The notes beneath the pieces were generated by a model. The model was given only the letters and a program-made list of their open reading frames with translations, was not told the origin of the DNA and ran no database searches. 64,000 nucleotides of DNA, from assembly GCF_018350175.1 (NCBI RefSeq), contig NC_058377.1, positions 15,934,001 through 15,998,000 of the forward strand, read 5' to 3'. Positions 45,266 through 58,308 of the stretch are shown here, piece by piece (within the stretch, counting starts at the first letter, position 1; each line of letters starts with the position of its first letter). Source of the DNA: Felis catus (taxonomy: Eukaryota). The position numbers were made by a program, and so were the translations under genes.

Positions 45266-48254
45266 CTAGGAGGTGAGAAGGGGGAACAGTGAGGCAGGCA
45301 GAGTCAGGATTCTCCCAGAGAGGACCCCAGCAGACCCCAGAGATGAGAGCTCCTGCCTGAGTTTTCCAGCCCCCACATCCCCTGTGATGAGTTCCCCACC
45401 AGGACCCTTCATCCATTCACATCCATTCATGTCCCCTCCCGTCCCCCCCACCCCCCATTCGTGGCTCCTCCCCCTCAGGGCTCACCTGATAGAGCTGGTC
45501 ATTTCCCAGGAGAGCTTGAGTGTCAGCAGCTAGAAGAACCAGGGAAAAAGAGTCATCAGGGGCCTAGGAGGATGGGACAGTGAAACCCCACGCACCCTGC
45601 AGGACGACCGCAGGTGGTGGCATCCTCAGAAGTCCGCGTGAGCGAGATGGGCACAGGTCTTCCCAGAACCAGGTTTAGGAGTCACTGGGAGATTGCAAGA
45701 GCGGCTCCCAGATGAGACACAACCCACTGCCAGCCCCATGCTTCGCAGGGGCACACTCACACCCACGACATAAGCGTGCACACACGCACACACACACTTT
45801 GTCCCGTCCACTTACCCTCAGAGAGCCTTCCGGTCTCATATCCCGCAAAGCAATAGACCCCCAAAGCGAGGAAAAGAGTGGCGATTATGTCCCCGATGAT
45901 GATGCCGGCCAGGGTGCCTGAGTTCAGTTCCACACAGTTCTGACACACTGAGGGGGAAGGGGAGCCTTCAAGACCAGGGAAGCATCTCTGCCTCCCTAGG
46001 GCGGCCCCGGGATCTCTCACACCAAGACCCAAACGTCAGTAAGACCCTTGGAGAAAGGCCTGCTGATGCCCTGGCTACATCCACCTGTGCCCTTTATCCC
46101 CAGGAATCCCTGAGAAGAGCCAAGAAGTAATGTCAGCTTTGTAGGAACGTAAACAAGGCGGTAGGCCAAACCTTTCTCCCAACCAAACCTCTACTGCTTG
46201 AGTCACAAGCCCCTACTGTTTTGTTTTGTTTTGTTTTGTTTTGTTTTTCCACCAGCTAAGCTCTTTCTCACTCCGAGGGCTCCAAAGCCTGGCTTATACC
46301 ATTACAACAGTGAGCCCAGTTTGTTTGGAGAACAGATCGGTCCACTATAGTCCCCTCTGGCTCTGAAGTTCTCATAGCCAGAGGTCCCACCCATTTCAAC
46401 CCCAAGGGCCCAGAAGGCACATACTTCGATAATATACTTGCGTGTAAGGTATCTTGTCTTGTTCGTCTGGCCTCTTGCACGTATACACTCCTCGTGGGTC
46501 CAGGATGCGTTTTCCCAGGTCCAGATTTGTATCGTTGCGGAATAGCGTTCCCATCGTTCCCTCCATCCGTATGATGCTGGTGTTACAACTCAGCAACACC
46601 TTGTCCTCCAGTTCCTCCACGGATATCTTGTAGGGACTCACTTGGGGGAGGGGGGGGGAATACCATGATTCAAGTCAGCTGTTTGATCTCCAGCAGATGC
46701 CTTATTCTGCTGAGGCTTATACTTAAAAAGGACCACTTTCAGGGCACCTGGGTGGTTCCGCTGGTTGACCCTTTGATTTTGGCTCAGGTCATGATCGCGC
46801 AGTTCGGGAGTTCGAGCCCCGCCTGGCTCTCTCTGCTGTCCTCGCAGAGCCTGCTTCAGACCCTCTGTCCACCGCCCCCGCACCTCCCCCAGCCACACTC
46901 TCTCAAAAACAGATAAACATTAAAAATAAATAAATAAAAGGAAGTCGGAGGGGAGCGTAGGCTGCGGAAGCACCCGAGAAACATGAAAGGCAGAAGAGTG
47001 TTCCTCAGCTGACGAGGTCTACATTTGTTCCCCAACCAAACTTCTAGAATTACAAGGAACAAATAGGGGACAAGGAGAAGTCGACCAGGGGGAGGGGAGA
47101 AGCTAGTATGAATCACCAGCCCAGTGATCCAGAAGGAGACCCAGGGCAAATGCCATATAAAGATTTTTAGGTTTTCTACCCTTGCTTAGGGGGAGGGCAA
47201 CAGAAAAACAGTTTTATCAAATTCATTCGTGGGGCTCCACACAAGTCAAGTCTTGTAGGGAGTTTAAAGGCTGGAGGCGTATGTACAGCGTCTTTCTAGA
47301 TCCCCTGAATTGCTTTGACTGAGAGCATGTCCACAGCCCACAGAGGCCCTAGAATCTATATCTCCAATCCCCGGGGAAAGTGGAATCCAGATTTTTCCCT
47401 GAACTTCATATTCAGGTACCCGTTTGAATACAAGAGCATCCTCAAGAAAATCCCCCAAAAGAGCTGTTTCTCATGCCTCTCAAGCAGGCCAGGATGATAC
47501 ATGCGTGTGCACTCGCTCAGGGAGATACAGGCACGTCAGAGGCTGCACATCCTACAGTCAGTCGTGTCTCCCACGGGGAACCTGTTTCCAGTGGAAATCC
47601 TGGATGTCCCAAAGCGTTAGTCCCAGTTTGCCTGAGGCTGAGACGGTTTCTGGAACAAGGGACTATCGGTTTTAAAAACAGGCAAACAAATGAGTTGATG
47701 AGCCTACCACCCTAAATCTGCCCTCCTTCCGGTTCAACCTAAAGCTAACTTTCTCTTTAACTTTCCCCTGAGTGCGGGGTCATGCATGGCTCTTGGTGGT
47801 GACAAAGATGGCCAAATGAGTAAGAGCCCTAGACCCCAGAGACCCTCTGCCCTAGAAGGAATAGTGCTCCCTTACCAGCCCAGGCCCAGACCCCTGCAGA
47901 CCACAACATTTCCTGCAGAGATCTCTGGCCTAAGGCCTTTAAAAAGACATTCAAGGGCAACATGCATGCCTACCTAGAGTCCGTCAAAGCCAAGAGCCTC
48001 CCTCCCAAACCCAAGCCCTGGGCTGTATCCCAACCCTGCTCTCCTGACAGCTCTGCCTTGTGACTTGAAGCTAGCATTGAGAAGGACTTTCAAGTGGAGC
48101 TCCCTCCAGGTGGTAATGTCCCTCTCCAAGGGAGGGACGTTCTCCAAGGTCCCTGAGGTCCCTTCCCCAAGATGCCCCCACCACCTGGAGAAGCCTTACC
48201 TTGGGAGAGAAGGACAGACAGTATCAGGCCGGCCAGAAAACTGGAGTGTTCCAT
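45200..48254 (-). CDS. CD3D: T-cell surface glycoprotein CD3 delta chain: complement(join(45200..45265,45486..45529,45816..45947,46425..46640,48200..48254)), 513 nt, 170 aa
   Basis: [40 protein letters not shown]...[14 protein letters not shown]...[41 protein letters not shown]...[35 protein letters not shown]; all GT-AG; sequons NTS and NDT. Confidence 0.97.
45486..45529 (-). CDS. CD3D: CD3D exon 4
   Basis: [15 protein letters not shown]; 44 nt. Confidence 0.95.
45816..45947 (-). CDS. CD3D: CD3D exon 3 (CxxC, TM)
   Basis: [44 protein letters not shown]. Confidence 0.96.
46425..46640 (-). CDS. CD3D: CD3D exon 2 (Ig domain)
   Basis: ORF 46396..46641 content; canonical junctions. Confidence 0.96.
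48200..48254 (-). CDS. CD3D: CD3D exon 1 coding part (signal peptide)
   Basis: ATGGAACACTCC...CAAG|gtaagg. Confidence 0.95.
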
Positions 48255-49900
48255 TTTCCGGCAGAATTCATTCAGCAGACAGCCCCGGGTCTCAGAATGA
48301 GCGGCCAGGGTGAGAGAGGATGCCCTCCCCCAACCGGCTCACGGGTACCCGGAAAAAGTAGAGGGGTGGGGGAGGAACTAGAAAACGCCTATTTCTCTGC
48401 TCTCTGCCGTTGGTGATGGGAAACTGTCAGGGTAGGGGTAGACTGGGGGTGGGGTAGGAAAGAAGCAGGTGTGAATTGCTCTCTCTCCAAGCAGTGAGCT
48501 TGGGGGTGAGGTGGGAGGGAGAGTAGAGACTGTGAAAAAGGTTGCCTAGACCTCCAGGAAGGAAAAGGAGATTTTAGAATGTTCGTTCCTGCGTCACTGG
48601 TGAAAACCAACAATTGCAGAATTTCTGTCGACAGAATAACTGCATTTACTCACCACCTGAAAACCGCCAGCTCTCAAAACACGAGAAAAGCTGCGAGCCC
48701 CATCCCATAAGCCATCCCAGAAGGTTCCTCCCACCGCTGGGCTCTCTTGGGACCTTGCCCAAGGTCCTCCTCGAGCAGCCTGGGATACCAGACTAAGTAG
48801 CTTCCCACCAGTAGGAGGCTGGGCTTTGGAACCACCACCAACCGCCCCACCGCCCTCAGCCAGACATGTGAATCCCGGCTCCAATACTGCCTACCCACAG
48901 GGCCTGGGCCAGTCAGGGAATTTTTCAGAGCCTAATTCCCTCAGTATCACAATAATGATTTGGACAAAACGTTTGCATCGTGCCTGACACATCATATTTG
49001 CTCAATAAGAACTAACTATTGAAAACAATGTGATTGACCCACAGACAGAGTGAGCCTCCCCAGAAGACAGGTGGACATTTCCCCCTGAGGCCTACGGGGG
49101 TCCAAACTCTCTACACTGCCGGAGTTGGACTATAATTTACCCGAGGGCAGAGATAGCGTGGGTTTGGTGGTTCCCTTCTGTATCTCCAATACCTGGCTCA
49201 TGTCCGGCACGTAACGAGATCTCTGTACGTGTTTGTTGACTCACTGACTGACCTGCTGAGGGAGACGAACCTTAACATCCTGGAAGCTCTGCTCAGGCTC
49301 TGGCCCTTGGAAATATATGGCCTGTCCCCTCGCAATTATTTTTCCTATTCTTTCCAGGCAGGCACTTTGTTGATGATCTTGTCTCAAAAGAGCAGTGAAA
49401 AATTCCAGAGCGAGGGCCTGGACTGAGACGGGCTTGTGTTCAGGTCTCCAGCCCTGAGCACGAGTGTTCCCACCTAAATTCCTCAGTTCTGGCAACAGCA
49501 GCTAGCAACAAGCAACCGGCTGAGATCCTAGCCACAGGTCGTGGCAGAGATGTTTACCTCTCTCACGAAGTAAGGGGCCCAGGCCATCTCCTACCCAGAA
49601 CCCAAGGGGTTTTCTTGTGCAAGCTGTCCCTGAAATGGGGATCCAGCACTCTCTCCCTCTTCCTCTTGCCACCTCCCATCCTCCACTCCTTAACAGAAAA
49701 GCAAAATACATCTGCACCTGCAGCCCTGCTGAGGCCCCCTTCTGCCCACATTTCAAGTAGAGGGTGGAGGCTCAGATTCGTGCTTTCTCACAGGGGCCCC
49801 AGCCTGAAGGATGCTGGGCGGAGCCAGACTAGCTGCTCAACAGGTCAGCTGGCTGCTAGGGGTTGCTTAGTGTTTCTGGAGGGACAAGACAGAGACTGGC
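48255..49900. promoter_or_regulatory. Divergent CD3D/CD3G promoter interval
   Basis: Head-to-head ATGs about 1.65 kb apart, the known arrangement of these genes; no Can-SINE in the interval. Confidence 0.8.
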
Positions 49901-49955
49901 ATGGAGCAGGGGAAGCAGCTGGCTGGCCTCATCCTGGCCGTCACTCTTCTTCAAG
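49901..49955 (+). CDS. CD3G: CD3G exon 1 coding part
   Basis: [22 protein letters not shown]|gtaag. Confidence 0.95.
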
Positions 49956-52900
49956 GTAAGGGGTTCTGGCAGCCTGGAGGAAGGCTCAGGGGAAGAGATC
50001 ATCACCAGGGGGGAAACAATATTGGGATCTCTAACCTCAAGCCTACCAGAGCCATCACATTAGAATTCCGAGAAGGAAGGGCCAAAATGAAGCCTCTTAC
50101 TGTTCTTTGCCAGAGAGAAGCAGTGTCCCTTGAGAGATATGGGGTCTCTGTCTCTTCAGAAGTGAAAACAGAGGACTTTACAGGCTAGAGAGAGGACCCG
50201 GATGCCGCCATCTTAGGTCGAATGTAGCCCCAAAGGGCACAGGCAGGAACCTGGAGAGAAAAAGTATGTGTTTCTTAACGCAGAGCTGGAGTAGGGAGCA
50301 GACAGACCGATAAGGCATTTGCTCACTCGGTTGGTCAGCTGGTCAACTGGTCAACAAATATGAGTGAGATCCTATTACATAACAGGCTAGAAGGATATAA
50401 GGATGAATAAAAACCTCTGCCCTAGTGAGCTTATAGTCTAACTGGAGAGAGAAGCTTCAGTGTCACCAGATTGAATGTAAGGTGCAGTAAAGGGTGCCTG
50501 TATGAATATGCAGTTGGAAATAAACAATAGGAAGTAGATGAACTGGGTCAATGCCTGGAATCTGGACTAGAGCTTGTTCTCCAAATACCGGGGGGAGGCT
50601 AAAACCACAAAAGTTGTTGAAATCACACAAGTACAATGTGAGATCCCCAAAGAAGAGGAGTGAGGATGGAACTGAGAAGATATTAACCTTTAAAGGGTCA
50701 TTAGAGAAAAACATCTCGAAGAAGAGATACGAGGATGATCACAGGGCTGGAATAACCAGATGAGGGCAATACCATCGAAAACCAAAGGAGTAGAGAGCTT
50801 CCAGAAGGAAAGAATCACCAAGAGTATGAAATATTATAGAAAGGTCTGCTGATAGAATATATTTAAAAGTTTAAATCTGTGGAATGTGGCAAAATAAAGG
50901 AGGGCCATGCCTGATTTATAACAGTTTCAGTGGGGTAGTATGAGTGGAAACTGAATGGAAACATGTAGAAGATACAGGGCAGGTGATAAAGTGCACCAAA
51001 TGCAAACCATTCTTTTTTTTTTTTTCAAGAATTTTCAGTTCGTTTGTGTATTTGTTTATTTATTTTAATGTTTTTATTTATTTTTGAGACAGAGAGAGAC
51101 AGAGCATGAGCAGGGGAGGGGCAGAGAGAGAGAGCGGGACACAGGATCTGAAACAGGCTCCAGGCTCTGAGCTGTCAGCACAGAGCCCAATGCAGGGCTC
51201 GAACTCACAGACTGTGAGATCATGACCTGAGCTGAAGTCGGATGCTTAACCGACTGAGCCAGCCAGGCACCCCCAGACTATTCTTTAAAGATGTTTGGAT
51301 GAGGAGAGTGTAAGTGGTAAGTAGAAAAGGAAACAGGGTCTAAGATGAACTATTTTTGAGTGTGAGAGAAATTTGAGCACGTTTCTAGGCTGAAGGAAAC
51401 GATAGTAGACCAAGGTCCTGGAGTTGATGTTGGAAGGATGGAGTCAAGAATGGGCTCAAGGATGCAGAGAAGACAACCTTACCATCTGAGACGAAGAGAA
51501 AGGAAGATGACTTTAGTCATGGGTAGCCATGTAGATGGAAAGGAAGCCAGAGAAGGTCATTACGGCATCTACATTCTCAGTGAACTAAGTGGAAGGCAAT
51601 GCCACTTGCCGAAACCAAGCTGGGTGATGGCTGAGCGGGGGACTTGAAGAAGACAAGCCACCAGTGAGCTGTGTGAACTTGGACAATGCCTCCTTTCTGG
51701 GGCTCTGTTGGTTCACTAGTCAACCTAGGAAATGTGGCTACATGAGCTCTCAAGCCCTAAAAAGGAGTAAGACTCAGAGAAGCAAAATTAAAAGATGTCA
51801 GCAATCAGGTGGACCCTCTCTCCTATAAAATCTGAGTTAGAATGAGGGACCTCTTTGTCCCTCCCATGGTGACCAGGTGGTCAGGAAGAAAGGCTAGCAA
51901 GAAATCTTCTTAACGGTTTGTCTTGCTTTTCTTTTTTTTTTTAATTCAATCATCCAGTCATTCATGCATTCATTCAACAAATGTAAAGCTCTGACCATGT
52001 TCCACATACTGTATTAGGTACTATTAGTAATCCGTTCAGTCCTGCTAAAAGTGCTAAAACAGCTGACTCCTTCCAACCGTTTCCATCACACCTTTTTTCC
52101 CCATCATACTTCACTTCTGCCCTATCTGTCCCCATCACACGCTCTACATCTAGACGCACTACCTCTCTGTCCTTTTCCAACCCGTGTCTTTGCTCGTCTC
52201 TTCTTTCTTCCCAGAATGCTCTTCTCTGTCCGGTGAATTCCTAATCATTCTTTGAGGCCCAGCCAAACATCACCTTCTCTGTTAAGGTTTCCCTGTCCCT
52301 CACTCTTGGGCAAAATCAATAGCTTCTACCCCCTTTCATATGCACTCATGGAAGCACTAAAGATAATTGACAAATTCTATTCTATTAATTACGTACATAT
52401 TTATTTTTTCTACTTCATTGTAAACGCTTTGGAAGCAGCAAGTTAGTTCTTGTATTACAGTCTTTTTTTTCCACCCTGATTAATTATGCCAGGTACGTAA
52501 CAGTGCTTAGTTCATGTTTGGATTAAACTCATTTGAGTTGAATTCCCGTGTCAGTGCTCTGTAGTACATCTACCATACAACTCTACTACCCTGAGTTTTG
52601 AGACAGATTTGAGGGCTATTGAATACCTACCTCCCCTACGGCATCCAGGGTTTCTACAAAAAAAACGGATCACCAAGGCTGAGGATTCTAAAAGTACGTA
52701 CTTTAAAAAGTCTTTACTTAGTGTAGGGGTGGCTGGGTGGCTCAGTCAGTTAAGGGTCTCTTGATTTCATCTCAGATCATGATCTCACAGTTCGTGGGAT
52801 TGACTCCCAGGTTGAGCTCCATGCTGTTAGTACGGAGCTTGCTTGGGACCCTCTCTCTCTCTCCCTCTCTCTGCCCCTCCCCTGCTCACACTCTCCCTCA

Positions 52901-55900
52901 CTCTCTCAAAATAAATAAATAAACATTTCTTTAAAAAGGTCTTTAGTTGGTAGGGGCGCCTGGGTGTCTCAGTTGGTTAAGCGTCCGACTTCAGCTCAGG
53001 TCATGATCTCGCGGTCCATGAGTTCAAGCCCCGCATCAGGCTCTGTGCTGACAGCTCAGAGCCTGGAGCCTGCTTCAGATTCTGCGTCTCCCTCTCTCTG
53101 GCCCTCCCCCAGTCATGCTCTGTCTCTCTCTCTGTCTCAAAAATAAACAAACATTAAAAAAGAACTTTTTAAAAGGGGGGGCTTTAGTTGGTGTAAGCCC
53201 GCGTTTGGCCAGAACTTTAGCTGCTAAAAAAAAATAGAGCATTCCAGACTACACAGGCAATACCCTTATGAATATTGCAGTACCGTTCTGACGCTAATCA
53301 TCCAGAGTTAATATCAGACTCCACAGGTTAAGGGCACACTGTCCCCAACAAGACTGCCCTCATTTTAAATTCCAGGCACAAGTTCAGAGGTTCCCATACC
53401 ACCTACACTTCTGACGCACGGGGTACAAATCTGGAGGGTTCCCAGATTTGATAATACGTTAGAACAACGCACGGAACTCGGGAAAGTGCCGCATTTACTA
53501 TTACAGTTTTAGTATAAAAAAATAAAAAAGGGATTCTCCATGAAGAAGCACATAAAGTAAAGTCTGAGAGGGCCCTGAACACAGAGCTTCTGTGCTTTCT
53601 CCCTGTGGAATCAGAGTACATCACCCTCCTAATACATTGTGTTGACCAACAAGGAAGTTCCACTGAGGTTTTTGGTTGTTGTTGTTGTTGTTATCGTTGT
53701 TTTAATTTTGTTTATTTGAGACAGAGAGAGCGTGTGAGCATGGGAGAGGGGCAGAGGGAGAGAGAGAGAGTCTCAAGCAGGCTCCCTGCTTGGCACGGAG
53801 CCTGACATGAGGCTCAATCTCACGACCCTGGGATCATGACCCAACCTGAAATCAAGAGTCAGACGTTCAACTGACTGAGCCACCCAGGTGCCTGTGCACT
53901 GAGTTTTTATTGGGGTTTCATGACATAGGTATAATTGATTGAATAATTGGCCATGTGACGGAACTCAATCTCCAGCCCCCTTCCCTTCCAGGGCTCAAAG
54001 TCCTAGATTACATGGTTCTTGACCAGCCCTATCCTGAGTCATCTCATTAGCATAAACTCATATATGGTCCAAAAGCCCACTAAGAATAACAAACAATCCT
54101 ATCGCTCATGAAATTCCAAGGCTTTAGAAACTCCCTCCCAGGAATCCAGGACAAACACCAGACACATTATTATACAGCACCCTGAATTCAATTTGATGAT
54201 TTAGGCTACACTTCAATGAAATAAGTATAAATACCGTCCACTCCCGTAGATTAGGATCTCTCTCTATCTTGGCCTCAAATGACTATGGAAATGCTACCTC
54301 AGGGCATCTGAATGACTCTATGCCCAGCTAATCCGCTCTCTGTCTTCTATCTCTACAGGTACTCTGGCCCAGTCAAAACAAGGTAGGGTGCATGGCTTCT
54401 TTCTGTCCTCAAGTCTCATAGAAATATGGTTCCTACCATAGTGGTCCTACAGGAGTGAGTGATGGAAGGGATGGGATGATGAATGATAAATAGCAAATCT
54501 CTCGTTGCCTTCCAGATGAGTGGCCAGTCATGAACAGGCAGTTTTCCTGTAGCTAAGCGATTCATTCTCTAGTTCTTGGAGTAGAAACAGGACCCTAGCA
54601 GCTACGGCCTATTCAAAGTGAGACTCATGAACCAACAGCATTAACATCACCTGGGAGATGCCACATTGCAATCCCTTCCCAGAACTACTAAATGGAACCT
54701 GAAATTCTCGCTAGATCTCCATGTGATCCATGTGCACATTAAAGTTTGAGAAGCACTGCTGTAATGGTCTGGTCCTGATACCCCAGGGCAGGGAGAATTC
54801 CAGAGGAGAGACCCTTAACAGACCATGGCTTTTTCCCTTTTCAGAAATTCCTGTGGTAAGAGTAAACAGCGATCGAGAAGATGGTTCGGTACTTCTGACT
54901 TGTGAGTCACCAGACAAAGATGTCAAATGGTTTCAAGATGGGAAGGAAATGACGCCCCACAAAAAGAATAAAAATATACAGAATCTGGGAAGCAGTATCA
55001 AGGACCCTCGAGGGATATATTGGTGTCAAGGATCCAAGAACCGCTCAAGAACACTCCAAGTGTATTTCAGAAGTATGTAATCCCCTTCGGTTTGTTTGTC
55101 GTACAATTAATCAGTACTTGCTGTTCTGGCGGGCTTCCTGCCCCGGGTGGGCGAGTATGGAAATAGACACGAAACCGTTCTGGCTCTCTTAATCTCAGCT
55201 TGCCTCTTTTTGAATATAACAACACAGTTCCCCCAATCTTCTTGGAAAAGCATAACCGGTCCTATAAAGCCTGGTTTGGTTTTGGATGGACCCCCACAGA
55301 TTGGAGCAGTCGGCTTTTGCTGCTATAAACTGAGTTGGTGTAGCTAGGGGAGACAGAGGAGATTATAAGGTGAGTGGCAATCAAATGTAGAAGGCAGTTG
55401 ACCACGGAGAAGATCTGATCTTCCTTCTATTTCATATAGTTCCTGGTGGTAAGACTACATGGGTTTGCTTCCCCAGGACACCTGGGCCATAGAAGGACAT
55501 CAAGAAGTATTGCATTCTTAGTGCAGGCGTCCTCCCAGGCAATTCCTTTCCATACCATGCACAGAGGAATCTGCAACCCTAAATATAGGCATTATCACTT
55601 GTAGGCAAGAGAAAAAGATTCAGAAGAACCACTTTCACACCCTGAAGGACCTTGTCCCTCCCTTTCCCCACAGTGTGTCAGAACTGCATTGAACTAAGCA
55701 GAGCCACCGTATCCGGCTTTGTCTTCACTGAGATCATCAGCGTTTTCTTCCTTGCTGTTGGGGTCTACTTCATTGCTGGACAGGATGGAGTTCGCCAGTC
55801 AAGAGGTAAGAAGAAGGTTCTTGAATGAGAGAGGAGGCCACCTAGGAGCCTCAGTTTCCTTCCTACCGACATAGACCCAATAGAAGAGACGAGGTAGGCA

Positions 55901-56947
55901 TGCGTTGTGGACGCGCACAGTTGGGTGAAAAGGACACCGCTTTTTCACAGCATGCATGCCCGTCACAAGATCCACCTCCCTCTGATTTTCCTCCGTGTTT
56001 TTAAAAAACTCTTCACTGTCGTAAAATCTACATATAGAAAAATGCATGAGTGACAAGCATACAGCTAAACAAAGCAAACACACTCATGAATCCAACACCC
56101 AGTTTAAGACCGAGAGTATTACCAACACCCTAGAAGTCCCCTCTGTGGTCAATTCCGGCCTCTCCCTAGCCCTCAAAGTGAGCACTGTCCTGACTTCTAA
56201 CAGCATTGATTAATTTTGCCTGTTTTCACTCCTTATGTCAGTGGACTCATACAGCAGATACTCGTGTGTGTGTTTCTTTCACTCAAAATACAGATACATG
56301 CTTGTGAGATGTATCTGTATTCTCGTATGAAGATGTATTTCACTAATTCTCACTGCTAGCTAGTACTCTAGTGTGTGAATAGAACCCAATTTATTAGCCA
56401 CTCTACTTTGAGTGTTTTGTTTATTTTTTGTGCAGCTTCGGACAAGCAGACTCTGTTGTCCAATGACCAGCTCTACCAGGTAAGGGAAGGGGAAGTGAAA
56501 GAGACATTGCTACAATTCGGGGTAAAATTTGGAGGGGGGGGGGGACAAGTTATTTGGAGGATACCGTACAGATAAGGAACTACTTAGGGCATACCAGATG
56601 ATTACATAGTTACCCTTTGAGTAGAACGGATGAAAGAAAAAGAAGGGTTGAAAGAGACTGAGGTCAGGATCTAGTGAGAAAAAGTTGAAGGACACGCTGA
56701 CAGGGACACACAAAGAAACTGTATACAGAGCCTCCCTTCCCCCTTGTCCTCTCTCCACCCCCTGGACAGGGAAGCACCCACGCCAAAGGCTTGCACGTGA
56801 AAAAGCATTCAATAAATATGCATCAAATTAATTCAGAGAGGGGGAGGAAGGATGAGTTTATGACCGTGCTGTCCTTTTTAGCCCCTGAAGGATCGGGAAA
56901 ATGACCATTACAGCCACCTTCAAGGAAAACAATTGAGGAAAAATTGA
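49901..56947 (+). CDS. CD3G: T-cell surface glycoprotein CD3 gamma chain: join(49901..49955,54359..54382,54845..55072,55674..55805,56436..56479,56882..56947), 549 nt, 182 aa
   Basis: [33 protein letters not shown]...DGSVLLTC...DPRGIYWC...[86 protein letters not shown]; TM Glu, di-leucine SDKQTLL, ITAM; all GT-AG. Confidence 0.97.
52590..54180. mobile_element. MER21-like LTR in CD3G intron 1, interrupted by three SINEs
   Basis: TTCTGACGCTAATCATCCAGAGTTA..CCACAGGTTAAGGGC..CAAGACTGCCC resembles MER21; boundaries approximate. Confidence 0.6.
54359..54382 (+). CDS. CD3G: CD3G exon 2 (24-nt microexon)
   Basis: ctacag|GTACTCTGGCCCAGTCAAAACAAG|gtaggg. Confidence 0.93.
54845..55072 (+). CDS. CD3G: CD3G exon 3 (Ig domain)
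   Basis: ORF 54730..55080 content; canonical junctions; 228 nt. Confidence 0.96.
55674..55805 (+). CDS. CD3G: CD3G exon 4 (CxxC, TM)
   Basis: [44 protein letters not shown]. Confidence 0.96.
56436..56479 (+). CDS. CD3G: CD3G exon 5
   Basis: [15 protein letters not shown]. Confidence 0.95.
56882..56947 (+). CDS. CD3G: CD3G exon 6 coding part (exon continues to donor after 56965)
   Basis: [24 protein letters not shown]; TAG|gtgtg donor at 56966. Confidence 0.95.
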   Translation, partial: PLKDRENDHYSHLQGKQLRKN

Positions 56948-57074
56948 ACTCAGGACTCAAAGTAGGTGTGTTCTTCTATACCAATTCTAAGAAATTACCT
57001 TTCCTTTACCTGCCCTTCCAACTGCTGCCAAGTCTGTCTCCTTTCCCCAACCAGCTCTAAAGCTTAGGGGAGAG

Positions 57075-57445
57075 TGGGTGACTGACAAATAATTCTCTGT
57101 GGTGCGGGACTGCTCTGTGCATGGTAGGGTTTTTAGCAGCATCCCTGGCCTCTGTCTGCCAGATGCCAGTGGTGCCCCCAGCCGTAACAATCAAAAATAT
57201 CTCCACATAGGGACGTCTGGGTGGCTCAGTCGGTTAAGCTTCCAACTCTGTGTTGACAGCTCAGAGCCTGGAGCCCGCTTTGGATTCTGTGTCTCCCCTC
57301 TCTTTCTGCCCCTCCCCTGCTCGCTTGCCCTCTCTCTCAAAAATAAATAAACCTTACTTTTTTTTCTTTTTTTTTTTTTTAAATCTCCAGATATTTCAAA
57401 TGTCTCCTCCAAGGGCACAATCACCTTTTGTTAAGAACCACTGAC
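57075..57445. mobile_element. MER20-like hAT remnant in CD3G intron 6, split by a Can-SINE (57209-57352)
   Basis: CTGTGCATGGTAGGGTTTTTAGCAGCATCCCTGGCCTC..CCAGATGCCAGT..AAAAATATCTCCA..CAAATGTC..TAAGAACCACTG. Confidence 0.75.
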
Positions 57446-57584
57446 CTCTATTAACTTTCAATCAACCAATCAATCAATCAGAAGTTCTGATTCAATCAAG
57501 CAGGAAAAGTGTCTATCAGGAAAACAAGACCCAAGCATTATTTGGTTTTCTGAACCCACCCCAATTTTTCTTTTTTCAATCCAG

Positions 57585-57775
57585 GTGTCCTCCCTTCTGG
57601 ATAGGTCTCAGGAACATAGCAATACGTTTTGGAGCACTCCTAGCTGAGAGAATCTCAGCCCTAAATCTAGATTCAAGTTTCCCAAAGGCGACAAATGGAG
57701 AAGAAAGGCCATCAGAACAAATTTGGATTTTTCTCAAAATCAAACAAAATTAAAGGAAAATAGTATGTATGGTGT
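57585..57775 (+). other. CD3G: CD3G exon 7 (3' UTR; end approximate) with candidate ATTAAA signal 57749-57754
   Basis: Pyrimidine tract plus ccag| acceptor; sequence resembles the recalled human CD3G 3' UTR (CAGCCCTAAATCTAGA..GACAAATGGAGAAGAAAGGCCATCAGA). Confidence 0.65.
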
Positions 57776-58268
57776 TGCAGGAGCGCCACCTATTGGAAGG
57801 TAGTTTTTCTGTAAAAGAAAATTGAAAAGATCTAACAACCCCCTCTATTTGAGTATTATTTTTTAAAGTTTTAATTTTTGTTTACTTTTTGTGTGTGTCA
57901 TAATTTACTTGGTTTAAATATGCAATGAAAGGTCTCCCTCCACCTCCATCCCCAGCCATTCAGCTGTCCTCTCCAGAGACAAAACAACATACCAGTTTCA
58001 TATAAGGTGTTATAAATCAGAGTATTCTAGGCATACACAAGCAAACTCTTAAGTACACGTTATTCTCCCTTTCCCTATTTTTCACACCAATGGCATCATA
58101 CGATCTACATCTTGCACTTTCACCTAATAAAACCCTAAGATTGATGCAGCTGGGTGGCTCAGTCAGTTGAGCATCTGACTTTTCGTCTCAGCTCAGGTTA
58201 TGATCTCATGGTTCATGAGTTCAAGCCCCACGTTGGGCTCTGTGCTGACAGCATGAAGCCTGCTTGGG

Positions 58269-58308
<40 letters not shown>

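Noticed and set aside
56811-56816. AATAAA in CD3G intron 5 that would truncate the ITAM
   Set aside because: Context CATTCAATAAATATG resembles an L2 3'-end remnant; no other support
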